Assembly (NCBI RefSeq): GCF_006345805.1
Contig: NC_043010.1
Span: 62,434,001-62,498,000, forward strand
DNA length: 64,000 bases
Reading direction: 5' to 3'
Source: Octopus sinensis
Taxonomy: Eukaryota
Shown here piece after piece: positions 37,001-49,720 of this stretch. The first letter of the stretch is position 1; each line of letters begins with the position of its first letter. The notes below the pieces were generated by a model that did no database searches, was not told where the DNA came from, and was given only the letters and a program-made list of their open reading frames with translations. Both the position numbers and the translations under genes were made by a program.

Positions 37001-38040
37001 CTCCCCAGCCAAAAAAAAAAAAAAAAATTGCAGACGTTGCGTCTGTAGTGAAAATAAATATTTAATCGAGTTTACTTAGCGATATGCCTTTCCCAATTAT
37101 GGGCTTCACTTAAAGATATTAGACAATTTTATCATTTGGGTTACATAGCACCTTCATTTCTGTCTCAGGAAAACGCTTTCTGGAGAGTGAAGTAGTTTCG
37201 CTTTCACTTACAGGGGCTCCCCGAAAATAAAAAGTATTTTATCAACATTAAACGTGTGTCTAGGCTATCAGATATTGTTTCACACCGCTGGTTACAATAC
37301 GCTTCTTCACACTTCATATTCTAGCTTTCGAATGATACCGCCCCACTGGCTCGGCGGATGGGCCAGCCTTCACCCGGAACGGAACTCCAGTCCGTTGCAT
37401 CGTTACCTAATTACAGGTGTGTTTTCATACACACGTGTGTGTATATTTCAATACAATTTATAATAAAGATCGGATAAAACTTCTCATATTTATCAGTTAC
37501 TTTAATTTAAAATGTAGAATTAATTAAAAAATTTTTTTAATCTGCGAAGTTGAAGGATCTCTCCTCTCCCCTCAATTCTTATCTCCCCTTTAAAAGGAAC
37601 TCTTTCATATTAGTTCCGGTTCGATGTCTCAATGCAATTTGGCACACACATATTTTTATATATTTTTTGCGTCCAAATATGATTTTATATATAAATATTT
37701 ATAATCATATATATATATATATATATAAATAAACGTGTGTATGTGAAAAATAAATGTGTGTTAGCTTAATGCCCTTCTGTAACTGGGGTAGAGGAGTGTA
37801 ATTATGTAGTGAGTGCGAGTGTGCACTCGACTTCTAACAGCAGCAGTGAATGAGTGTAGTCTAAGGACGGACATCCGAAAGCTGGGTTGATGAAAGAAAA
37901 CATCCTGTCAGAAGGAAGCAACGTCAACAGCACAAAGGGAGATAAATATGTCAGGACGAATGGTTTCAGTAATGTGTGTGTGTGAGAGAGGAAAAAGGTG
38001 TACAAATGTGTGTGTGTGTAGATATTATAGGCAGACCTGT

Positions 38041-38078
<38 letters not shown>

Positions 38079-38449
38079 CTAGCAGTGTTGATCGGGTTTG
38101 TTCGACCCTTTAGAATTGGAATTTTTGAAAAGTAAAAATTTAACATTATGTAGCTTGTTATTCTCTTTAAGTGAACATTTTTCTGGTTGAAATACACCGA
38201 AAAATGGCGACACAGCAGTTAAAAAAATAGGGGTTTTCATAGAAAAAAAAAAGCACGTTTTTTATGTAAATAATTTTGGGTGTTAACATGGTCTGATTTC
38301 GATTTTTCTTTCTTCTACAGAACGAAGAGCAAGCCTTCTATCATACTCTCAATTTTGGTCAACGCCGCAGGGTCTCAGAGGAGATAGTGTTAGTTGAAGG
38401 CTACCAAACCTGCCATACACAGACAACTTCAGTTTTATATATATAGAGA
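38079..38449 (-). mobile_element. Non-autonomous Helitron-like element
   Basis: Minus strand begins A|TCTCTATATATATAAAACTGAAG and ends CTAG|T. Imperfect subterminal hairpin ggtcg-aacaaacc-cgatc; no TSD; A|T target. Confidence 0.7.
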
Positions 38450-41400
38450 TATGTATATAATGCTATATAAATTGCTTATCCATCTCTCTACATATATATA
38501 TATATATCTTTTGCTTTTGTAGATATGTATTTAAAAAGGGGGAATGGATGAGAGTAACCAGTGCATGCTAGACTCATAAAGTGAAGGCGCGCGCACGCAC
38601 ACGTTTGTGTGTATTGCAGTTTTGAAGTTGTAGGAAAGGGAGAAAGGAGCTTGTGTGAGTGTTTGAAGAAGTAGGGCAGACGAACGACTGTGGAAAACGG
38701 GGAAAGGCGAAGGGAGGGAAGAAGATGGTAGCGTGTTGCTAAGTTAAGAGACGAAGGAATACGTGTTTGTCTGCCTAGAAGGGTAACTTACGGGTGGGCG
38801 AATGAATGTAGACGTTATTGGGAGGTGGAAGAAGCTACTAGAAGGAAGGATTGAAATGACGGTTGAGATGAGGGAGTTTTCAAATGTAGCAGTTTTTGTA
38901 AAACGGTTGACCATTTCTGAGCGAGTAGAAACCAACACGAAACTGGTTTATTTGCTGAGATTTAAAGTGGACTCAAAGGATATTGATACACTTAATATTC
39001 TAACAGTTTTCACGACATAACTGTTACTTATTGTTCAAGCTGAATTCTGAACTTGTGGCATTGATGAAAAGAGGATTTTAAGAATGCTTCTGAAATTCTT
39101 TTATTTGATGCACATATTGGACGGCAGCTGCTTTGAGACACTAACTTGAAAGATTTTAATCGATTAAATCTCACTCAGTACTTATTCTGCTCAACATGCA
39201 GTTTAGGGGTTTTAAAAAATATATAACAATTTACCGGAAGTGACGAATGGGACAACCCATTGTTTCCTAAAACGAACTGGTGAAATCCCTTAATTTTATT
39301 AACGAAACTGCCTCGTCCAACGCCCACCGATACCCTTATATATATATTACATTCTAGTGATATGTTAAGTATTACAGAAACAGTGCTATATCCAGCATAT
39401 ATGTTGTTGGTTTTCTTACATAAACTATGCGTACGGGTTATAGTGTAATGCAAAAATTAAATATGTTCTATACATAGTATGTGACATAAATCGTTTTCAT
39501 GAACATATTTATTTCATGGAATTATGGGATGTCACTTCCGGTTAATTTACTTTCATTTTAAAACCTTAGGCTGTATATAGACCAATATATTGGAAAGATA
39601 CTTTTACACTTGTGACCCCATGGATTTACACCTGAAAGGTTATGCTTTGGTCTTCTTAGTGATAGTCCTATCTTCCGTGACTGCAATTGATGGCACTGTC
39701 CTCTGGTCTTGTCTTGGTACATTCTTTTATCAATGACTGCTTTTCTTCATCAGCAAGCCTCAAACTCTCCTTCAGTCTTTTGAAACTCTTCACTAGTCCC
39801 AATCAATCTCCTGTGCGAGCGATTATCAACAATGTTCTCCCACCTTTCGACATTCATGCAAAGAGACTTCCATGGAGACTTCCATGGAGTCATCCTTGTC
39901 TTCTTTCGCTGGCGCCCAGGTACCCACACTGAAGGGCTTTTGAGAAATTACAAACTGATATATTTGTTTGTGACTCAACTAGCAAAGGTGGTGTTGTTGT
40001 GGGAGGAAGAGTAATGTGGATGTAAGACAGGATGTCATTGTTAATGGCTCAGTCAGCCCTCTTGATCTCCAAGATCCATTTTATGCTACATAGATGGACG
40101 GTTTTGAGATGCACACACACACTTTTTCTTTTTTTAATCTACACATCTGAAGGATTCTACATATTTGAGACCAACCATAGTCATGAAGGGGACTCTTAAA
40201 TGTTTACAGAAACCATTGAGAGATATAGATATTAGCTAAACAGGAGCCTGGAAATAACTCAAAGACCAAATAAAGTGCAGACTTGAATGTGTAGTGAAAG
40301 AGTTAACTTTTCAACTATGTCATTTGGGGTTCAGTCCCTCTCTTCACCGTCTCCAACAAGTGTCTTCTACTATGCACACATTAGTAGTGTGGAGAGGAGA
40401 GGCTGGTATGCATGGGTGATTGCAGGTCACCCATGCATACCATGATCAACCAGTCCCACACTAACCTAAAATTTCAGGTTTTTTGCTGATAGTTGAAAGA
40501 AATATTTCGTTACGCATTACATGAAACATTATATAATAATGATACAAAGTATCCATTTCATTTCAATGCACTCACACACACACACATCATGCACAACACA
40601 GTATGAATGAGTAATACAATAGACATCAGTGTATCATACTAAATGTATATACACCACAGAAAGGAATGATGTTGTGGTCTTTGTCTGAGAGAAAACCCCT
40701 TCATTGGGATTAAAAACTCAGTACTGTAAACACTGCCATGACTGTGTAGTAAGAAGATTTCTTCCCAACTACATGGTTTTTGGTTCAGTCCCACTCTGTG
40801 GTACCATGAGGAAGTATCTTCTACTATCACCTCAGTCCAACTAAAGCCTCGTGAGTGAATTTCGTAGACAGAACTGAAAGAAGCCTGTTGTGTTCGTGTG
40901 CACATGCAGGTGTGTGTGCACGTGTGTATGTACGTGTCTGTGTTTGTCCCCCACTACACCTTGACAACCAGGGCTGCTGCAGTTACTTTCCCATAACATA
41001 GCAGTTTGACAAATGAGACTGATAGAATAAGTACTGAGACTGATTCATTCAACAAAAAATTCGTTGAAGCAGTGCACCAGCATGGTCGTAGTCTAATGGG
41101 TGAAACAAATAACAGACAGAAGATAAGGTTTTCTCTCAGACCAAAGCCACAGCATCATGCCTGTCAACAAGTGACGTCTGTCACTCCAAGAGTGTAGTAG
41201 GTGCTTTTTATATGCCACCAGCACAGGGGCCAGAGGAGGCTGGCAATGACCACGATCAGTTGGTACTTTTTATGTGCTACCAGCACAGAAGCCAGTCAAG
41301 GCAGTGCTGGCATCGGCCACGTTTGGACAGTGCTTTTTACGTGCCACCAACAATGGGCTTTTTTCAGTTTCTCTTTACCAAATCCACTAAGAAGGATTTG

Positions 41401-41559
41401 GTCAGCCCAAGGCTATAGTAGAAGACACTTGCACAAGATAGCACAAAGTGGGACTGAACCCGGAACCCTGTGGTTGGGAAGTGAGCTTCTTACCACACAG
41501 CCACTACCATTTATTCTCATGTCCACACCAACACAAACTTATTTCCATAAAATTTATCT

Positions 41560-41932
41560 AGGAGTGGCTGTGTGGTAATTAGCTTGCTGACCAGTCACAT
41601 AGTTCTGGGTTCAGTCCCACTATGTGGTACCTTGGGCAAGTGCTTTCTACTACAGCCTCAGGCCAAGCAAAGCCTTGTGAGTGGATTTGGTAGGCAGAAA
41701 CTGAAGGAAGCTCGTCGTATATATGTGTGTGGGTGTGATTGTGTTTGTCCCCCTGGCAACATCGCTTGACAACCAATGTTGGTGTGTTTACCTCCCCATA
41801 ACTTAGCAGTTCAACAAAAGTGGCTGATAGAATAAGTACTAGGCTTACAAAGAATAAGTCCTGCGGTCGATTTGTTCAACTAAAGGTGATACTCCAGCCT
41901 GGCCAGTCAAATGCCTGAAACAAATAAAAGAA
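41560..41932 (+). mobile_element. SINE family A
   Basis: Head, core and tail match 7456-7860. Confidence 0.88.
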
Positions 41933-41976
41933 TCTATCTATCAATCTTATCTGTCTGTCTGTCTATCCCTTATTTT

Positions 41977-42231
41977 CAGTGGTTCTCAACAAGGGTCCTT
42001 ATGACCCTGTGGGTCCATTTAAGATTCTGTTGTTAAAATTTACATAGAGTAAACTCGTTATAATTCTGCAGTGCACAAAATATTTAAATAACTTTTTGTT
42101 TTTATATAATTCCTAATAATATTTAATCATGAAAATATGGGTTTTTTTAAACATTAAACGGCTTGGAGGGTCCACCCCAGTAAAATGGGATTCAACGGGC
42201 ATAGGAGACATAACACAGGTTTTAAACAGTG
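41977..42231. mobile_element. hAT-like MITE
   Basis: Ends cagtggttctcaac / ggttttaaacagtg (degenerate TIR). Related pieces near 1910-2125, 6470-6565, 14549-14640, 16013-16190 and 18519-19060. Confidence 0.5.
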
Positions 42232-42771
42232 TATAATAAACAACAGCATCTATGTGCGTACGCACATACACATACATGATTATAGTTTGGAGTGGTTGGC
42301 ATTAGGAAGGGCATCCAGCTGTAGAAACCATGCCAAATCACACTGGAACCTGGTGGAGTTCTCAGGGTAACCAGTTCCAGTGAAACCGTCTAACCGATGC
42401 CAGCATGGAGAGGGGACATTAATTGATGATGATGATGATTTGACTGCGGCCAAAGAGATTTTTTTAATCAAAGAAACTGCTCCCAGGACTTATTCTTTGT
42501 AAGCCAAGTACTTTTGCCAAGACACTAAGTTATGGGGACATAGATGATGGCAGCAGGGACAAACAGACATGAAGATACTCACATAAATCTATAAATATCA
42601 GACAGGCTTCTTTCAGTCTACCAAATCAATCCACAAGGCTTTCGTTGGCCCGAGGCTATAGTAGAAGACAGTGAGGCTGAACCCAGAACCATGTGGTTGG
42701 AAAGCAAGCTTCTTACCACACAGCCATGCCTGTGCCTATATATATATATATATGATTTCACCACCACCTCA

Positions 42772-43306
42772 TACCAGGTGGTGAAGCACGACCTTCGAAC
42801 TTTAGGTCTCACCGAGGAAATGACTCGAGACCGAGACCTTTGGAAGTATGCTGTGCGTGAGAAGACCCGGCAGGACAAGTGAGACCATAACCCATGGCCT
42901 CAGTCCACCTATGCATACCATTCCTTCTTGGGACATAAAACTCTACTTGTGAAGACCTGTTGAGGCAAGTGAAAATCAAAATCAAAATCGATCAACATCA
43001 ATGGAAATTGTAGCTGTGACACAAAAGCACCATCCGATCGTGGCCGTTGCCAGTGGCACGTAAAAAGCACCATCCGATCGTGGCCGTTTGCCAGCCTCGT
43101 CTGGCACCTGTGCAGGTGGCACGTAAAAAGCACCCACTACACTTGCGGAGTGGTTGGCGTTAGGAAGGGCATCCAGCTGTAGAAACATTACCAGATCAGG
43201 CTGGGCCTGATGCAGCCTTCTGGCTTCCCAGACCCCAGTTGAACCGTTCAACCCATGCTAGCATGGAAAGCGGACACTAAACGATGATGATGATGATGAT
43301 GATGAT
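42772..43306 (+). mobile_element. RTE-clade LINE 3' end (same family as 460-1433, less decayed)
   Basis: Peptide QVVKHDLRTLGLTEEMTRDRDLWKYAVREKTRQDK*, then the 3' UTR and (GAT)n. Confidence 0.88.
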
Positions 43307-43542
43307 TTATATACATATAAACACACACACACATATAAACATAGATACACATACACACACGGGGGCAGACATACACACATATCTATGTACATATGAAGAA
43401 TGAAAAGAAAGAAAAGAACAATAAGATAAAAGACAAAACACAAACAAGAAGACAAAAAAAATGACAAAACAAATGCGTTGGCGTGAGAAAGAAAATGTGT
43501 TGTTTATTTTGAAAAAGCAGAAAATATGAAAAATATTTAGAA

Positions 43543-43718
43543 ATAGACAGACAGACAGATAGATAGAGAGAGACAGACAGACAGATAGTTAGATAGATAG
43601 ATAAATAGAGAGATAGATAGATAGATAGATAGGCAGCTAGATAGATAGATAGATAGATAAATGGATAGATAGATAGATAGATAGATAGATAGACAGATAG
43701 ATAGACAGATAGATAGAC

Positions 43719-43761
<43 letters not shown>

Positions 43762-43768
43762 CGGATAA

Positions 43769-43804
<36 letters not shown>

Positions 43805-43870
43805 ACAGATAGATAGACAGATAGATAGACAGATAGATAGATAGACAGATAGATAGATAGATAGAAAGAG
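43543..43870. repeat. (AGAT)n/(AGAC)n compound microsatellite
   Basis: Directly visible; a similar tract lies at 33010-33150. Confidence 0.95.
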
Positions 43871-44154
43871 AGAGATAAACGGAAAAGGAGAGTGGTTAAG
43901 AGAGAGAGAATAAGACAAGAAATACACATAAAGAGAGAGGAAGAAAGAGCATGTGTTTGTATGTGTTTGTGTGTGTGTGCACTCGTGTGTAAAACCAACG
44001 GCTATAAAACATTTTGATGCTGAAAATGGGAGACAACAGTGACCTCATAAATAAGACTGTTAAACGATATCATATGATACGATATATATATATATGTATG
44101 TATGTATAGGGGAGATAATGGGTGAATGTCTGCAATGCATGTCAACATTATACA

Positions 44155-44172
44155 CATATATATATACATATA

Positions 44173-44210
<38 letters not shown>

Positions 44211-44231
44211 ATATATATATATATATATATC

Positions 44232-44327
<96 letters not shown>

Positions 44328-44433
44328 TATATATATCACCATGACCAACCAGGCTATCAGATGTTGTTACACATCGCTGGTCACAATGTGCTTTGTATTG
44401 TTTTAGCCTTCAGATGACGCCACCCCGCGTCAC

Positions 44434-44482
<49 letters not shown>

Positions 44483-44505
44483 CATAAACATATATATACA
44501 TATAC

Positions 44506-44578
<73 letters not shown>

Positions 44579-44595
44579 CGTATGTATATATATGT
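44155..44595. repeat. Long (TA)n microsatellite with an insert of about 95 bp (44337-44432) related to 37255-37350
   Basis: Directly visible. The insert aggctatcagatgttgttacacatcgctggtcacaat resembles aggctatcagatattgtttcacaccgctggttacaat. Other large TA/CA-rich tracts at 9995-10200, 10690-10765, 34270-34900, 51520-51930, 52470-52715 and 53636-53860. Confidence 0.9.
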
Positions 44596-46564
44596 CTAAA
44601 CAAAATTCAATAGGGTGTTAAAATACCACTTGCTATAAACAGAGAGAGAGACAGAGACAGACAGATGAATAGATGCATATGTATATTTGTGTGTGTATGT
44701 GTATGAATACATATATGTATATATATCATCATCATCGTTTAACATCCGCTTTCTGTGCTAGCACGGGTTGGACGGTTCGACCGGGGTCTGGGTTGCCAGG
44801 AGTCTGATCTGGCAGTGTTTCTACAGCTTGATGCCCTTCCTAACGCCAACCACTCCGTGAGTGTAGTGGCTGCTTTTTACGTGCCACTGGCACAGGGGCC
44901 AGGGTAATCTGGCACAGGTACCAAGGGAATCTGGCAGCGGCCCCGATTGGTTGGTGCTTTTTACGTGCCACCGGCACAGAATCCAGTCCCGGCGTCGCTG
45001 GCATCAGCCACGTTCGGATGGTGCTTTTTTTACGTGCCACCGGCACATGTATCACAACTACTATTTCAATTTGATAGAGAGAGAGAGGTGGTGAGTCCAT
45101 GTAGCTACATACAAGCATAATTAAAAAAATGTATTCACAGCAAAAGGGAAGAATTGTTCAATATTTAGAGGAAATTGAAGCTTTAGAATTACTTTTGTGA
45201 ATTTCATATTCTGGATTGTTCACAACTGAAGAGAAGCAAGGATGAAAGTTCAGTTTCCGATAAACACGTGTGTTTGTGTGTGTGTTGATGATGACTTGTA
45301 ATGGAGTACCTGGCACTGGAAAGGTGAATTATTTTTTGTTCCTTCTCTGGTACAAAATGCTTGGACAGCGGAACAGAGCGCAACTGTCGAAGCCAACGGC
45401 CGCGTTACAGTTGGAGGTGCTAGGCGCTAGGCCCCCAGCTGACGCCGTGGTCGGAAGGAAGAGTTAAATGTCATGGAGCTGCAAAGCCTTGGGCTGACTA
45501 AAGCCTTGTCAGTGGATTTGGTAGGCAGAAACTGAAAGAAGCCTCTCTGGTATGTGTGTGTGCAAGTGCGTGCGTGCGTGTGTGTGTGTGTTTGTCCCCC
45601 AACACTACTTAACAATCAGTGTTGGTGAATTTAAGATTTAAGTCCCCGTAACCTAGCGGTTTGGCAAAAGGGACCAATAGAATAAGTACCAAGCTTTCAA
45701 AAAAAAAAAAAGCACTAGGGTTGACTCGTTTGACTAACATTCTTCCTGGCAGTGGCCCAGCATGGCTGCAGTCTGACTGAAAGAAGGAAAAGAAAAAAGA
45801 AGTAGATAGAGAGATGCATGTGTGTACACTGAGTCCTCAGCTTACTTTATGTTGTACAACACATCAGTATATTCACATTCATGTGTCTGTAATTTTCCCA
45901 TCTTATCAAGACTTTTTGTCACGTTTCAGGCAAATATTTTTTCCGTACATCTTTAGAATTTGAACCTAGACCTCCCCACTATCCACTCACCAGGAGTTTC
46001 AATACCAGGGCCTTTCCATTATTTCATTCTTACTACAAGACCCTACCACTTTAATCTTCTCCTTTTCCGAATTACCATTACTTTCTCCAGTCCATTTCTA
46101 ATGGATTTTTCTAAACAGGTGATTTTATCACCAAATATATCTTTCATATGAAAGACACAGCTCAAACATCTTTGATGGACGACATCCACTCGTTTCTCCT
46201 TGCTGTAGTATGTCCACCTTGTCCTACTGCCATTGAGAAGACCTTGAATTGTTGACTACCATTTTCACTTTAATATCAATGACTCTTACTTTCTAAATGT
46301 TGAACGTCTTCCATATTTTAGTGTGTATGAACATGTTTAATGTAAGTGTATACACCAATATATTTCATTCAATGCTGTTTAGATGCCTCTCGCTAATTAC
46401 TTCCTGCTTAACAAAGCTTTGCACACAACAGCAAATTTATTAGTTTCTGTTTAAATATACACAAAAGTGGCAGTTTTTAATGGGCTTTGAACAGCAGACT
46501 CAGGGTCTGTAGCTGATGAAGCGTAAGTGCAGAAATATGTATCCTACAATCTGATTCCAGGGGT

Positions 46565-46855
46565 GAAGGTGTGTGGCTTAGTGGTTAAGATATTTGACTC
46601 ATAGTTGTAAGGTCCTGAGTTTGATCCCTAGCAGTGCCTTGAATAAAAACACTTTATTCCACATTACTCCAGTCCACTCAGCTGGCAACAAGCTATACTT
46701 GTAATTCAAAAGGCCAGCCTTGTCACATCCTGTGTCACACTGAACCATAATGCAAGGGTATTAACTTGCAAGTGTCTGTGGAGTACTCAACCACTTGCAC
46801 ATTAATTTCATGAGCAAGCTGTTCCATTGATCAGATCAACTGGAACCCTCGCAAT
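46565..46855 (+). mobile_element. tRNA-derived SINE of another family
   Basis: A box tggcttagtgg, B-box-like gagtttgatccc, then a core-like gtgccttgaataaaacacttt and ctccagtccactcagctgg. Confidence 0.6.
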
Positions 46856-46914
46856 AGTGCTAGTTACAGACTGACAGCATTATTCGTAACCCAGTGGGGT
46901 GTTTTTTCACTAAA

Positions 46915-47795
46915 GGGCACCATTCGAGCGTGATCGTTACCAATGTCGCTTCACTAGCACCTGTAAAAAGATTCAAGCGAGGTCGTTGCCAGTACCGCCT
47001 GACTGGCCCCCGTGCCGGTGGCATGTAAAAAGTACCCACTACACTCTTGGAGTGGTTGGCATTAGGAAGGGCAGGCATCCAACTGTAGAAACTCTGCCAA
47101 ATCAAGATTGGAGCCTGGTGCAGCCATCTGGTTCGCCAGCCCTCAGTCAAAATCGTTCAACCCATGCTAGCATGGAAAGCGGACGTTAAACGATGATGAT
47201 GATGATTGTAAGGACACCGTTTATGCGGCTCTTTGATCATATATAAGATGCAACATCTTCAGGTCAGTCTTCACCACTTCATTCCAAGCCTTCCTCAGCT
47301 TCCATCCTCACATCTCTATTATGCTTCACATACCCATAACATTGCACTCTACATCTGATTTCTCTTATGCTCCATTTTCTCTCACTTTGTTTGCTCCCTC
47401 TTGTTCATCAGTGATTTTGCTTCATTCATTTCTAGTCCTTTGCATTCAAGACCCATTGTCTAACAACCATACAGCACAGCAGTCCATACACAAGCATCAT
47501 ACAATCTACCCTTTATTCATCATTATCATTGTTGTTTAACATCCGCTTTCCATGCTAGCATGGGTTAGACGGTTTGACTGAGGACTGGCAAGCCAGAAGG
47601 TTGTACCAGGCTCCAATCTTGATTTGGCAGAGTTTCCACAGCTGGATGCCCTTCCAAATGCCAACTACTCCGAGAGTGTAGAGGGTGCTTTTACATGCCA
47701 CCGGCACAAGGGCCAGTCAGGCAGTAGTGGCAACGACCATGCTCAAAAGGTGTTTTTTTACATGCTATCTGCACGAGATCCAGTCCAGCGGCACT
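46915..47795. mobile_element. Convergent inverted pair of RTE 3' UTR fragments (46915-47206 plus; 47520-47795 minus)
   Basis: Both carry the conserved terminus (cccatgctagcatggaaagcgga and its reverse complement). Confidence 0.85.
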
Positions 47796-48204
47796 GAGAG
47801 AGAAACACCTTTGTTGCCATCAGAGGTAATAACAGCTCCCAGAAGTTTCTCCAACTCATTCTTACTTGAGCCTGCACCCTAATAAGTTAGAATTAACCAC
47901 TAACAATTCATGTACCACTAACAATTCAGACATCCAACTCTTATTTTTTTTAAATACTATTAATACAATCAATAATCTGAGCATTATCAGTCACACATAC
48001 ATTGTGTATGTGTTTTGTTTATATGCCTATTCGCTGCGGATAGCGTCCAGGGAAATCTCCCCAAATGATCTTGGAGCTTTCCCCAGATGCTATCCTGCAG
48101 CAAATTTGGCTTATAAAAAAACACATACACTATGTATGTGTGACTGATAATGTTAGACATTACTAGAGTTGCTTTTGATTTCTAATTTAAAAATCAGAAA
48201 TGTT

Positions 48205-48582
48205 CATCATCATCATCATCGTTTAACGTCTATTTTCCATGCTGGCTTGGGTTGGATGGTTCAACCGGGATCTGGGAACCAGGAAGCTGTACCAGGCTCC
48301 AGTCTGATCTGGCAGTGTTTCTACAGCTGGATGCTTTTCCTAACACCAACCACTCCATGGGTGTAGTGGGTACTTTTTATGTGCCACCAGCATGGGGGCC
48401 AGGAGAGGCTGGCAGTGGCCACGATCGGTTGGTGCTTTTTATGTGCCACCAGCATGGGGGCCAGGAGAGGCTGGCAGCGGCCACGATCGGTTGGTGCTTT
48501 TTATGTGCCACCAGCATGGAAGCCAGTTAAGATAGCGCTGGTATCAACCGTGTATGGATGGTGTTTTTTACGTGCCACTGAC
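48205..48582 (-). mobile_element. RTE 3' UTR fragment with a near-identical tandem duplication of about 62 bp
   Basis: tttttatgtgccaccagcatgggggccaggagaggctggcag..ccacgatcggttggtgc occurs twice. Confidence 0.85.
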
Positions 48583-48935
48583 AATTTTATTACCCACAAT
48601 GCACCACAGGCCTCGAAGCGAACTGTCGGAGCTGATCAGGGTCCAAACAACAGCAAAAACAACAACACCAACAAAAGTTTGAGATATTCCTTAAATTTAA
48701 TACAAACATGAAATTTCATAATTAACTCAAAAAATGACATTTGTTTTGTTTTGTTTTCTTTTTTTATTATTAATTTCCATTTACAGTTACATTTTACAAT
48801 ATTTCATTTCCCCAGGAAGGACAAAAAGGAAAGTTTTCACTTGGTGCCAATTGAACTCACGACTCGGTGAAGTTAAAAAAAAAATAAAATAAAAAACAAA
48901 AAAATCTTCAAATTCCAGAAAGTGTCAAAGACATT

Positions 48936-49118
48936 GGCGCAGGCATGGCTGTGTGGTTGGTTGAGGAGTTTACTTTGCAACCATACAGTCTTTGGTTCAA
49001 TCCCACTGTGTGGCACCATGGGCAAATGTCTTCTATTAAAATCCTGGGCTAACCATAGCCTTCTTGGTGAACTTGCTAGACGGAAACTGTGTGGAATCCG
49101 ATCGTATATATGTGTGCG

Positions 49119-49154
<36 letters not shown>

Positions 49155-49405
49155 TATATATACACACACACACACGTGTACATGAGTATATGTGTGTGTG
49201 TGTGTCTGTGCGTCTGTGTATGTTACGCCACCATTTGGCAACTGGTGTTGGTTTGTTTCCGTCTTTCTAACTTAGCAGTTCAGCAAAGATAAACTGAGAG
49301 TAAAAGTACCAGACTTAATAGAAGTATGAGAGCATTGATTTGTTCAACTAACCTTCAAGGCAGTGCTCCAGCATGGCCACTGTCCAATGACTGAAAGAAG
49401 CAAAG
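48936..49405 (+). mobile_element. Diverged SINE family A
   Basis: ggcgcaggcatggctgtgtggtt head, core, microsatellite and ctccagcatggccac tail. Confidence 0.8.
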
Positions 49406-49469
49406 GAACAATAAAATCATAATTCTTACTGTTTTGGTTAAACCACAAACATAAACACTGCTCTTATAA

Positions 49470-49688
49470 TAATAATGATTTCAAATTTTTGCCACAGGGG
49501 CAGCTTGGGGGAGGAGATTAAATCGATTACATCGATCCCCAGTACGCAACTGGTACTCATTTTATCAGCCCCGAAAGGATGAAAGGCAAAGCTGACCTCG
49601 GGCAGAATTTTAACTCAGAATGTAGCATGGGCAAAATACAGTTTAGGCATTTCAGCCGGTGCACTAATGATTTTGCCAGCTCACCGCT

Positions 49689-49720
<32 letters not shown>

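Larger units (their letters stand above)
28800..39600. promoter_or_regulatory. Broad CpG-retaining, SINE-poor domain; probable promoter and non-coding 5' exon region of ZNF-A
   Basis: CpG is visibly more frequent (GCGCGC runs near 29330 and 38588). CRE-like TGACGTAA at 30700-30707 and ETS-like ACCGGAAGTG at 39233 and inverted at 39533. The SINE-A and RTE-tail repeats that saturate the flanks are nearly absent. Judged by eye, not computed. Confidence 0.5.

Noticed and set aside
43537-44599. Many ORFs rich in IY, YLSI, HT or CV repeats (also near 10.0, 32.5, 34.4 and 51.4-53.9 kb)
   Set aside because: Translations of (TA)n, (AGAT)n and (CA)n microsatellites.
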